NCBI GenBank assembly: GCA_037379345.1
Contig: CM074511.1
Location: forward strand, 54,566,862-54,630,861
Source: Perna viridis
Taxonomy: Eukaryota
DNA: 64,000 nucleotides
Direction: 5' to 3'
Both the position numbers and the translations under genes were made by a program. This document shows positions 51,788-64,000 of this stretch, piece after piece (the stretch's first letter is position 1; each line of letters begins with the position of its first letter). Below the pieces are notes generated by a model. The model was not told the DNA's origin. It did not search any database and saw only the letters and a list, made by a program, of their open reading frames with translations.

Positions 51788-52905
51788 CTATATAGATTTC
51801 CTCGATTCTTCGTTGTTATTTTCAGCATAAATTTTTAAATTTTGTGAACAGCGGATTGATTTCAAAATTGTGACGTTTTGACGGGAGAAAGTCCGAGAGT
51901 GAAATTACCGAATTCATTTCACAGTATGAATTATCGAAATTTATTTCACTCGGAACATTCGATAAAACACTGCTATCTATATGATAATGCGGTATATATA
52001 CCTCCAGACTTAGCAATTGTCTATTCGGTGTCAGCTCAGTTCTAGGATTTTGTATTCTCCCGTGAGAAGAACTAGTTGCTTATCCCAGACATTCTGATTT
52101 TCCGTTACAAATCATCTCATCCTTTGCAGGAGGGATGATAGTATCACGATTAAATCTCTCGATGATATCTTCCTAGCTTGAATGTTAAGGAGTGGTACAT
52201 GTTTTTGCCGATCCTAAGTTTTCCTAAACGACCCATTGAGCTAGGTCGCAATAAAAATTTCCCCTTGGTCGGTATGGACGTCAAGAGATACTTTGAATCG
52301 AGAAAAGAACTCCTGAACGATAGTTCCTGCCACAGTTTCGGATGTTTGGTCAGCCAGAGTGTACCAAAATTTACTACCTCGATTTGGGAAATGGACCTAA
52401 AATATTGAACTGGGTCCGATCTGTAGGGGATATTAACTATGAACTTGGCATTGGTGCACAACTAGATTTTGTGTTAAATTCTAATGGTTTCATATTTTTT
52501 GCAACAGGAGACATACAAAGTAGCAACCTAACACATTGAGTATCAATAAAAGTACTGTCCAATTCATTTTTGGATGAGCCGAAATAATCAATGTATGGTT
52601 CAGGTCAAAGATTCATTTCTCAGGTACAATAAAATTGAAGTTTTAGACATTCATCTCGAATTTAACGACAGTAGTAATCTTAGTTCAAAATATATTACAA
52701 ACAAGACGATTTTGTTTTTAAATTATAAATTTCCCTTTTATTGTGTAGTAATATACCAGCTTCCCTTGCACATGGTTTTTGGACCAAGTTATAAAAATAA
52801 GCTGCCTTAAAAAGTTTAATTTCCTGTATCCATTTCTTGTGGATAAATATTCTGTTTTTGACAAATAGATTTTCTTAATATCAACGCATTAAATAAATTT
52901 TCTGC

Positions 52906-54292
52906 GGCCAAGTGAGCTTATGCCATCACTTGGCGTCCGTCGTCGTCGTATCGGACAAATTTTAAAAAATCTTCTCCTCTGAAACTACTGGACTGACAGG
53001 TTTTAAACTTGACATGAATGTTTTTAGGGTGTTCTGCACAAAATAACCGTTGGGATTTTTGATCCATGAAAAAACATGGCCGCTGTTACTAAAAATAGAA
53101 CATAGGAGTCAGATTGCATTTTTTTTGCAAATAACGCAAAAAAAAAAACGTTGCCTTTAGCAAATTTCTGGCAGAGTAATATTGTTTAGCATTATGAGAT
53201 GAACATATGCCAAAATTTTCAAAACGATTGGTCAACTGATGTAGGAGTTACGGCCCCGAAACAGTTTTTTTTTGCATTTTTCGCATGTGCAACTTTGAAA
53301 ATCTTCTTCTCAAAATCCATTCCACAGAATTCAATGGAAGTTGGCATTTATGTTTCTTAGGGTATCCCACACAAAATGACAGTTGGAATTGTTGATTCAT
53401 GAAAAAACATGGCCGCCGTTACTAAAAATAGACCGTAGAGGTCAGATGGCAGTTTTTTTGCAAAAAGCTCAAAAACCGTTGCCGTTATCAATTTCTGTCA
53501 GGGTAATATTGTTTAGCATCTTGAGACGGACATATGCCAAAATTTTTAAAACGATTGGTCAACTGATGTAGAAGTTACGCCCCTGAATTTTTTTTTAGCA
53601 TTTTTTCGCATGTGCAACTTTGAAAATCTTCTTCTCAAAATCCATTCCACAGAATTCAATGGAAGTTGGCATTTATGTTCTTTAGGTTATCCCACACAAA
53701 ATGACCGTTGAGATTGTTGATTCATAAAAACATGGCCGCCGTTACTAAAAATAGAACATAGGGGTCAGATGGCAGTTTTTTTGCAAAAAGCTCAAAAACC
53801 ATTGCCTTTAGCAAATTTCAGGCGTGTATAATATTGTTTAGCATCATGAGACGGACCTATCCAAAAATTTTCAAAACGATTGGTCAACTGATGTAGGAGT
53901 TACGACCCCTGAAACAGTTTTTTTTGTTTTTTTTTGTTTTTTTTTTTCACGTGCACAACTTTGAAAATCTACTTCTCTAAAACCATTTATGATCATTGAA
54001 TGAAAATAAGCATAGTAGTTCTTTAGTGTATTGTGCTCAGAATGACTGTTGTGATTTTTAATCCGTGAATAGATATGGCTGCCTATACTAAAAATGGAAC
54101 TTAGGGGTCATAAGACAGGTTTTTGAACAAAATTCAAAAATTGTTGCCTTTAGCAAAATTCTGGTTCAGGTCATGAAAATGCTATGAATTATTTTAGTTG
54201 GTTTTAACTTAGTCTGTCTCATTCCTCATTTTTTTTCAAATAAGCAAATGGTTAACAAGTTGAGCGATTCAGGCTCTCTTGAGCCTCTAGTT
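52906..54292 (+). mobile_element. Non-autonomous Helentron/Helitron-like element carrying about four 330-bp tandem satellite units
   Basis: 5' ggccaagtgagctt..catcacttggcgtccgtcgtc; unit marker aaaacatggccgc.gttactaaaaatag at about 53070, 53402, 53726 and 54074; 3' tgagcgattc + hairpin aggctc-tctt-gagcct + ctagtt. Confidence 0.75.
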
Positions 54293-55059
54293 TTCATCTT
54301 GACGCGTCTTTCCCACAAAGTTCCTGACTTATTTTGAAACTAGTATTTATCATTTCGGTAGTTTTGATATAACCCTTCACTTGCATTTAGTTCATTTTAA
54401 TTGCATATTGTTCTTTTCATTTTCACTTTTTTTTCATATCTTTTGTGCTGTTTTAAATAAAGATTTCACCGATTATGACTGGTGGCAATCTTATGCTGCC
54501 CATTTGTGTTGAAATATACCGGAATTAGTGTACCGTAATGGAAGCGGGGTGTTAAGCGGGCTAGAAAACCCGCTTTAACCCACCTGCCTGTACTAAGTTA
54601 GGACCATTGCGGTGGTTTCCAACTGTCTGGATTTTACCCCCATGTTGCCATTTATTATACGGACTTTCCTTTTGACTGTTGTCTAGATTTCATTAACAAG
54701 GAAATTTCGTTATTACCCTTTCTTTCCAATATCGCACGGGTTTGGTGACCCAAGTGTCTTAAGTCTTATCATAGTCAGGAATATTTATCTATTATATGTT
54801 CCCCGTTTACCTATGAAAAGGAAATCCCTCTATCCATGGTAGTGTTATTACTTGTATCTATGTTGGAAGAGTAAGCCTCGTTGATTTTTTTTTTATAAAT
54901 TCTATGCGCTGAATTGTCGATAACTACTGATTGTACATGGTCGACATCTGCCTACAAGAGACCAAACTATTCATGCATCATGGCGCAATGTTTACACTTT
55001 GACATGGTAGTGAATGTAGCCCACCAGTAATAACATGTTGTTTTTCCCGAACATTGGGG

Positions 55060-55320
55060 TACTTATTACTCCACACTAGAAAATAGTGCCTTCTTTTCCG
55101 GTAAATGAGTTTTATGCTGGCGTCAATCTTCGAATTGCAAAGCTGATCACTCTTTCGAACCCAATATAAACTTGGACGTAGACACCTCCTATCAACCTGT
55201 TTGATGCATCGGTGTCCAGGAAAAGTCTGGTCTGAGTTTGCGAAATTGTTGTATCATACGGTCACACCAACTGTTTATAATGGAAGAACATCCTTCCCAC
55301 ACAAATTCTAGTTTCACGCC
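55060..55320 (-). mobile_element. Degraded Ty3/Gypsy LTR-retrotransposon RNase H fragment (remnant may extend about 54750-57050)
   Basis: Minus-strand translation FLDTDASNRLIGGVYVQ..FERVISFAIRRLTPA*NSFTGKE, preceded by FVWE; matches the Gypsy RNase H TDAS..G.VL.Q..IAYASR.L..AE.NY..KE motif. Confidence 0.7.
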
Positions 55321-55911
55321 ATTTTAACCAAATTTGTAAGTAATAGTGCTGCATTTGCGGTATCTTTTTGGTAAAACCACGTTGAAGGAAATTTTGCTGA
55401 AAAATAATGAAAATATATAAAATAATAATGATTTGAATATTTTCCGAGTTATACTACAAACGATGATTCGTCTTTAAAAGTTTGGCTCATTCAAAGGTTT
55501 GTTTTATGTATATAGGATTTATTTTGTTTTAGATTTTATTTTCTATCGTATATGGATTTCAGAACTGGCAAATCTTTTTTCATCGGCAACTCAAACGTGT
55601 GCACTTGTTACAATTTTTCATCTAGAGTCTTACCACATTTCATTTTGCTGATAATTTCTTAATTGTCATCAGTTGTTAAAAATTCTTAAAACTGTAAAAA
55701 ATACTTTTGATTAATTGCATTGAAGAAAGTATTATTTTCCCTTTACGCATGCTTACTTTCTTTGCGGAGACGAGATATTTCAAGTCTTGTCTTTTTGGCA
55801 GGTTGGATTTATTCATATTTGAAGCTGATTCAGCGGATTAAGTATATATATTTTTGATTTGATTAATATTGTCCTCAATTTAACCACTATAAATATCTGC
55901 TAAGCTCAAAC

Positions 55912-56011
55912 GCACTTCTGTTAAGTTCTTATGTCGTTCAATATTGCACTTCTGCTAAGTTCTTATGTCGTTCAATATTGCACTTCTGCTAAGTTCTTAT
56001 GTCATTCAATA
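55912..56011. repeat. 34-bp tandem repeat x3 (gcacttctgctaagttcttatgtcgttcaatatt)
   Basis: Direct reading. Confidence 0.9.
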
Positions 56012-57329
56012 TTTAGAAGAATGTTTAGAAGTACTGTTGTTCACATTGACACTACTGCTGTGCGAGTGATTTCTTTTGGATGCTGGTCATTCATCCCTAA
56101 ATTCAGTTTTTATGTTATTTTTCATCTATACTATTTCTCGATATGTTACTGATTGCTATATTATTCTTTGGCGTACCACTTTGTCTGATTTTCGGTTTTA
56201 TTCTACAAATGGCTAAAGATTTCATTAGCGTGACACTTTACCCCTTCTATGTCTTATTACCGATTGACAGATATTTCTTACGTGTATCGCTGTTCCACAA
56301 AACGTATTCCCTTGAAAGTTGTTGTTGTAACAATGTCTATAAACAGTTATTTTTAGTGTAGGATGTCTCGAAATTTCTACACAGACTTCAAATTTTCCAT
56401 TGAAATGTCTCCTGCACATGTATATCTCAACTTTTACCCTCTATCGTTTTGTAACAGGGTCGTAATCCTAATAGCATTGGTCAATACATTTGGTCGTCGG
56501 CTGTCCCAAATACAACTTGTTGAACTTGTTCATACTGAAATGAGGTGCACTAGAGAGTCATTTTGACTGTTCCCGTAGCGACCCAGTACTTTATCTTGTA
56601 GTGAGGCTTGATCTGGAATATGGCCTTGATCTCTGTCAACGGTCCTTTTTTTATTCAATGACTGTGCGTTTTTGGTTGTTTTACACGCGGCAAGGAATGT
56701 CTGTAATAAGTTTTCCTGTGCTGCTATATTATCTTAATGGAACCCGCCTTCAAGTCTGTTTGTCTTCGTTCCATTTGTTCAAACTTCGTGGTTACCTCAG
56801 CTAAATAACTATTCTTCCGCGAATCTTTTACTCTTTGTCCCTTACATCGTATTTTCTGTCAAATGATCTTGATTTTTCTGTTAGATCTTAAGGGATTGGT
56901 TCATGTAGAGTTCGTCAATATTCTAATATCACAGCCCATTCTTTCTAGTATATCCATCATTTTGATAATCATCATCTTTGTGTCATCTTTAAATGTTTCT
57001 TAAAAAGTGCTACCCTAACCACATTCGTTGTGAGACTGCATAATTTATTTTATAACCTTAACTTAGACGTAGTAATTTACATGGTATTGAAAATTACAGA
57101 AGATTAGCTGAAGGTAAGATTACCTATATGACTTTGTGAATACATTATCAATGAGTGTGTATTTACGATGGAGTTAACATGCCGTCCCTTTTGTTTTGAT
57201 TTTTCATTACCTTATATTTCATGATATTTTGCCAGTAAAAAACTATAACGGTGTGCATGCGATACCATGTATTTCTGTTTTAATAAAGGAACTGATTTTA
57301 AGGTGTGTTAAATTGTGTAATATATCTCA

Positions 57330-57640
57330 CTAGTGGCTAGAATCTAAAAGGGAACGGTTGTGATCACGCCAAAGTAATTTAACCCCGCCGCATTTTTGCG
57401 CCTGTCCCAAGTCAGGAATTTCTGGTCTTTTTGTTTTCTCTTTCAGTTTACTTTTACGATGCTGGAGTATACAGTGATAACGAATTCGCTGTACATGTGT
57501 ATAATAATATTTTGGAGCCAGCAACAGTCTGTACAGTGGTGTGAGGGTTTCCTCATCGTTCATTGAAGACCCATTGAGCTGACATTTTTCATCCCGGTGG
57601 GGTTGATGTCTCTGACATATTCACCATATCCATTCTTGTT
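57330..57640 (+). repeat. Interspersed repeat fragments; related pieces at about 54545-54620 (+), 27050-27110 (-), 25765-25810 and 27712-27760
   Basis: Shared motifs tttaaccc..gcctgt.c.aagt.agga and tgtctct..acat.ttc.ccat.tcca recur within the window. Confidence 0.6.
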
Positions 57641-60283
57641 ACATTTATAGGTGACGTCACATTAAATTCCCTTTCGGCTATCCTACTTGCTGCCTTGATA
57701 AGAGTGGTACTCGGAATGATGCTATAAATCACTTCTTGCACAGCTTGGACACCATATATTCAAGATTCATAATTAAACTAGCTGAGTAATATGTTCATGT
57801 ATATACGATGACTTGTTCTACCAATCTGGATCACAGTGGCTTGCTCCTACTATAAAATACGCAGCCCTACTAGTATATAACCACGAAAATTGTGGGATCC
57901 CCCTTTTCGTAATTATATACTAGTGGGAAGTGGGAAAAAGCCCCTGTGTTTGGATTGCAAAGTTGATATTTGATCCTCGAGCCAGACTTGTAAAATCAAG
58001 GGCGAAAAGCAACGATTTCACGTATGTATTTACTTCCATGCAATTTATGAATTGTTTGTATTTATGTGTTCGTTTTGTAATTACCCATCTTACTTTTTAC
58101 GACTATGTCTACCAGTATAAGGAGGGTTTTTTTCTATAGATTATGAAAGTTATTAGACTATAAGCTATAAAGTTTTACAATCCTTAACTCCAGTACTGTC
58201 GGAAGATATATGTGTAGTTGGTTTTACAACTATTCAACGCTAATTGTATAGGAATTAGGACTGAAATCAACATTTCCAATCAACCCGAATTCAATTGTTC
58301 GGAGTTATGGTCCTTGGATTTTGAAAATTAATGCACACTCGGTTTTCTTCTGGATTTTTCTTATGAACAAAGTATACATGAAGTTTACATTCTTTTCTCT
58401 TTCCAGTAGGTGACTTTGTATATTGCCATGCAATACTCCCAGAATGCTTGTTATGTTAGTGTTTGTCGTTGAACACCCATTGAGTTTTTCTTCCTGGTTG
58501 AGTGTTACTTTGCTCTAGTAGTCAGCACTTTTGAATGTTGTACATCAGGGTTCCTAGGAAATTTCTATTTAAAAATTAAAAGTATTGAAAGCCATTGGGT
58601 TTAGTGCTTCTTCAAAGTCTACGAATGCGCATTATAAGACAAAATGTACATACATCTGTCCGATTTGTCGAAATATCTCGTTAATATGATTTCAGAATTT
58701 AGACAACAGATTACAGATAACAATTATAATAGATTTGCCTTCTTTCAAGTATTTTTTTCGGAAACTGGGTTTAGAAATTGAAACCCAATAAAAAATCTAT
58801 TTTATTCATTTCCTGATCCTTTTAATGATTTTGTTGTTTTTTACTTGCCCTTGCGTATTAATATGAATTGAGTTATCTCCCTTTGATTATAATTTTTCTT
58901 AGATTATGACAACTACTCAAGACAGACGGCCCACTGAACTGGACGCTATCCTGATTTTATTCACGTGTTATGTGACGGATACCGCTGGCAGAGCAGGGCG
59001 TGCTTGCCCTTCCGGGTACGCATAGGACGCTTTCATTACTGGGGCACCTGATCCATGCTCTCAGTTATTAGTGGAGTCCGGGTTGCTCACTTCTTTTTGT
59101 CACTTTGTATGTATTATTTTGGCTACTTTATGTTCTTTGTTGTGTGTCTCTGTTTTTCATGTCTGGTCTTTGTCCTTAGATTGCATTCTTTTGATTTCCG
59201 CCAGAATCTTAATTCCCTTGATGTCTCTTTTATGACATTAACATCATAATGCGTGTTAGGGTCAAACTTTACGTTTACTTTTCGTTTTGGAATACCAACC
59301 ATGCTTTCACGGCCTTCCTAATGGTGAAGCGCTTATAATTATAGATTAATACATGGTCCTTTTCATATTGCCATTGTTATCATCCTGGGATCTTTATATT
59401 GGCCACGAGGCTTTAGTTTTAAGTTGAAGGAAGATGTCCGTTTTCACCAGTTTTGCGTCCTTTTGTGCCGTGACTTATTTGCTCCTTCCACTTTTACAAA
59501 AAATGAGCCAATAATTATCGCATTCGATTGCTCAACATATAATGAAGTATGATATTAAACAATGTGAACGTTTTGAAAAAAAAAGTATGACTCCCTTTCT
59601 GCTTTAAACGGACTCAGAATAGGCAGTATATAAACTAGCAGAGTGAGTCATTTTGATAAATAATTAGATGTTTTTCCTTAAGATGGGCCACAGAAAATAT
59701 TTAAATCATTTTTATATCTTTATCAAAGACAACACACATCAACAGTAAAATTATTTACAATCAAAACGCAACAATACAGCCAAACACCTGTATGTTTTTT
59801 CAAGTTAAGGGCTCGAACTTCCAACTCATTACGAACACGTTTTATGGCGACTTATTTCACCGTACACATAATTATATTTGTTACATTTCACAATAGAAAT
59901 GTTCTCTTTCTCGGAGTTATGCCTGCCCCTGACTGCAGCGGTATACATGATAATAAAGTAAAAAAAAAATACCTAACTGATGAATCTATGCAATACATGC
60001 TTCATACATTCATGGTACATAATACTATACGGATAGACAGGCACAAGGAATTCCACATTCTTGCGCAATTCAAACAATAAAATTATTTGTGGCGCAATTG
60101 ATACCTCTATAAATATGTAATTGGCACGAAAGAACGCTTTGCAAATAAAAAAATATAAGGATGAAGAGATTCAATGTACAATTACTGGTAATAAGCTAAG
60201 TGGTATATAATGTTTTTGTGAATAATAAATAAGTGAACAATAGCTTCAAAGGAAAAGGAACTAATACAAATAAAACTTATTTA

Positions 60284-60882
60284 GGGACCAGTCATTGTTT
60301 ATCTCCAGGGATGGACCGGCAAAAAAGTAGGGGGTCAAAGAAAAAACTAGCAGCACTTGAGGGGGGTATGTATTTTTTGACTAATTGATCATGGGGGGGT
60401 GTCATGATTTTTTTTTAAAGAAAAGTCATTTACACATGTACTTGTGCAATATCTAGAATTGTATACATAATGTCCTGTGTAATGAAGCTTTTTATGTTTT
60501 GGTTCAGTCATTGTCTCTAATTGTCTGTTTCATTTTTTATCAATGCATAGAAAATGACATTGCTTAAATTTTTACTTGGGGCCTTTCAGAGCTCACTACT
60601 GGATGAGGTTATCCGCATGATGAAGGTCCTGTTCAAATATTGGAAACATTCCTGAAAATAACTTGTGATTGTACTATATGTTTCCTATTCAGTTTTGAAT
60701 AAATCAATACATACATTGAAATTTCATTTAAAAAAAAATGCAGGGGGTGAGTGACTTTTTTGGTACTTTAGAGAAGAGGGGGGATTGAGAATTCTTCTGT
60801 GTTTGGAAAAGGGGGGGTATTTTTTCCGGGATCATTTTTCAATTTGCCGACCCACCCCTGGAGATAAATAATGACCGGTCCC
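60284..60882. mobile_element. PIF/Harbinger-like MITE
   Basis: About 39-bp imperfect TIR GGGACC(A/G)GTCATT(G/A)TTTATCTCCAGGG..GGCAA; TTA on both flanks (60281-60283, 60883-60885). Confidence 0.8.
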
Positions 60883-61544
60883 TTATTAAACCCGGAAAGT
60901 GAGCTAGGCCCACTATTTTAGGAGACTGGTAATAAGACACTAACTAAAATGGTCAAATATTGCACAACAATACAAACCCAGTAACTATTAATAATATTAA
61001 GTTGTGTATATCCACAAATCCTTCAATATTTGCATTGCTATTACCCACTGGTTCCATTTACAATATTTAATTTTGTTTATGCTGCACTTAGCTATACCAA
61101 AACCAGTTTATAACGTTATGACTTGATGTAATATTCAACCAATCATAAATGCGGTTACTTGGCTGACATTTGACTTAAAAAAAATCATATTGTCACGTCA
61201 ATCAGTGATGCGATCACCTGGTCGTACTGACTCTAATTTGTCCTGACAACGAATTCGGAGTGGATTTGATTGACATATTTCACAGGGTTGGTAGACGAAT
61301 GATACAAGTGAACAGCATTGTAGTATTTTCCCTGTCTTTTCATTATTTTCTTAATGCGAAGTGGCAACAAAACGCCTTTTCCTCTCATCATTTTTATTCT
61401 CAATTAAGAGCGTAAGCTTAACAGATAGCAGCCGAAAAATTACAGAAATGATTATGGGGTGGTTCTAACCTTTATTCTTTACCCAAAAATTATCAGTCAG
61501 ATGTGCATAGCAAAATAATGCCTGGGGGAATAACAGCCCAGTCA

Positions 61545-62040
61545 GCATCTGCGTATGGAGTGTTCATATCACAACTCATACGTTATGCCAGAGCTTGCCG
61601 AGACTACGCAGACTTTGTATTGCGCTAGAATTCTAACAAATGGGCTTCTGGAGCAGGGTTATGTTGCTACAAGATTGAAGTCACCACTACAAAAGTTTTA
61701 TAGTCGTCATCATAAACTCGTGGATCGTCACGGTGTATCCACCTGCGCCATGAAAATTGATTTGTTCAATGCGTCATACATGTAGTTTTTCTTTCCTCTT
61801 TCGTCTATCCTGGGCTTGACTTTTTATGAGCAACTCGGCGGGTGTTTCTAGAAAAGCAGAGGACGCTTACCCTATCGGTGCATCTGGTCCATGCTCCCAG
61901 TTTTTAGTGGAGTCCGAGTATGTATGATTTTAGTTACTTTATGTTCTTTGTTGTGGATGTCGGTTTTTCATGCCTGGTTTTTGTCCCTGGATTACATTCT
62001 TTTGATTACCGCTATAACCTTGGCTCCCTTGCTTACTCTT
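61545..62040 (+). mobile_element. Penelope-like retroelement 3' fragment (RT C-terminal region plus terminal repeat); related terminal-repeat copies at about 4388-4550 and 58975-59230
   Basis: SAYGVFISQLIRYARAC..LLEQGY...RLK..LQKFY.RH motif, then ggcgggtgtttctagaaaagca..cttaccct..ggtccatgctcccagtttttagt, shared with the 4388 copy. Confidence 0.75.
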
Positions 62041-64000
62041 TTTATTTTTGTTAATTTGAAGGTTGCAATTTTTTACAAATATGTTATTTGGTGCTCATAT
62101 TTAAATGAATTTGTTACAGGATTAGCGCGAACCCTCAACCTATAACAGTAGTACTGCCATACGAATAATAATGTCCGGTCGTATTTCGCGTGCTTTCCCC
62201 TTATAACAAGAAACGCCTCGGTGGTCTCTGGGTAGCGTGCTCACTTCATGCAAATCGTTCGTGTCCTGAACTGCATGAAATACTTGTCATACAAATATAC
62301 AAAATGTTAGCAACCAATATATACGTCAATAGAAACCATGTTTTCGTGGCGTAGTCTTTAATAAAAAAAATAATTATGCTTGTAAAACTGAGCAAATTAT
62401 GCTTTCTTTATGATACCCCCTCCACGTAATGGCATTTCGTGCTAAAAATTGTGAAAGTTTCATTTAATTGTATTCAGCGGTTTCAGAGGATATGGCAAAT
62501 TGAAGATTGACCCACCCTTATCGACCGATGACATATAGTCCATTTATTGCATCAAGAAACCCCACTAAATTCACCCAGTTGGCAATACAAAATAAGAGGT
62601 GCAAAATAAAGAATTTGTTAAAGTTTGATCAAACTATATTCTGCCATTAAAAAGGCCTTTTTTCGGCCAATGACCCAAATTATGAAAGCAAAATCTATTG
62701 CACAACAATGGAAACTTGGTTTCATGGACTATCTTTAGTTGTGAATACCCTCACTCCTTCAATAAAGTTATATATGATTTTGTAAATCTCAAATGACCTA
62801 CGATACAAAGTTCTGGCAGAAACAAACCATAAACTTCAAAATATAGAAATGATATCGGTGAGCAAGCTTTTTGAAAAGCTTATTCTTGTTAATGATTTGA
62901 TTTGGTAAATAACATGACCAAACACTCATCGGACCAACATCATAAGCATCCAGTGAGGCCTTCACTACGAAAAAAATAGAAATGATAACTATATGCTGTT
63001 TTGAAAACTTGTACTCGTATTAATGTTGAATGAGACTTTTTTGTTTGTTTTAGGACTCGAAATCATGCGACTTTGTGTTCCACAGGTGAACGATCGATTA
63101 ATGTTTTTAGATTATTTTGTTTTCGTGATGAAATGTTGTATCACTTGTAACGAATAAATATTGAATAATCAATGTTTACTTAAGAAATGTAACATTTTGA
63201 GATTATCAAAAATACCATATCGCCCTTCATTCAACTAAACAACAATACGTCAGGTTACGCGTGATTTTAATGGGTTCAATAGATAGTCATCTTACTGGAT
63301 AGCAGTCGCTTTGATTGTGTCGGTGGGCGTTCCGGTCCTATGAGTATCATTTCTTTAACATATAATGATGATATGTTCAAATTACTGTAGTCCTTTTTAA
63401 TCAATCGGGCTTTTCACATGCCGATAGGAGACTATTTTGTGTGTAAATACTACATGTAATTCGTTTCAGCGGATTTATGTATTAACTCCTTACATTTAAA
63501 TTTAAAATGATAAAGAAATAAAAAGCCGTTTAGTTTCTATTCCAAGGGCATTTTTTACTGCTTTACTGAACAATAGGTGCTATCGCGAGTGGACCTAATA
63601 ATTCAGTTACTTGACCAGATGAGTTAGATCTGGCAAAGCGAACGAAACACTGGGATTTTTTTTGTGTTATGAAAATGACCAAATACAATGTATATTTTTT
63701 AAAACGTCAATGTTTATGGAGTTCACTTGTTATGGATGTTCTTTGAAAGATAATCAATCATGTAAGTAAGCCGAATATTTTATATCATTTTCTGATGGCA
63801 AAATACTTTTGTATTCTATCACTGCAATGAAAATAGATACATTAGTTCAAAGTTTCACTTAATGTTGAGGTGACAAAATGCCAGAAATGAAATGTGACAT
63901 AGAAATTAACATTACTTCTGAGGATGACAATTACGACGCAATAGAAATCCCAGCATGTTTACGGGAATCTACCCTGCAATCACTGACCAACTCGGTAAAG

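Noticed and set aside
45443-62145. Short ORFs in the upstream region (e.g. 49742-50041, 55931-56804, 59055-59249)
   Set aside because: Low-complexity Phe/Ile/Lys-rich or repeat-derived; no recognisable domains.

Overview
AT-rich eukaryotic genomic DNA with GT-AG introns. The repeat families suggest a bivalve mollusc, probably Mytilus-like; this is an inference. The main feature is a minus-strand gene that I assembled by hand from splice sites (CDS 45315->20128, 37 coding exons, 9978 nt, about 3325 aa). It encodes a giant type I membrane receptor: signal peptide, 31 Ig domains each on its own symmetric phase-1 exon, one TM helix followed by a Cys cluster, and a Tyr-rich tail ending in YYDQV. 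Two splice sites in this gene have been amplified into tandem repeats: a 33-bp x14 donor array and a 155-bp x3 acceptor array. Its introns also hold a candidate minimal hammerhead ribozyme and a perfect 60-bp hairpin. A second gene (6142-6852, minus) encodes a Tctex-1 dynein light chain with a His-rich N-terminal extension. The rest is repeats: a near full-length degraded CR1/L2-type LINE, a LINE RT fragment, Gypsy and Penelope-like remnants, MITEs, a Helentron-like satellite element, minisatellites and one assembly gap. No databases were searched, so novelty claims are provisional.
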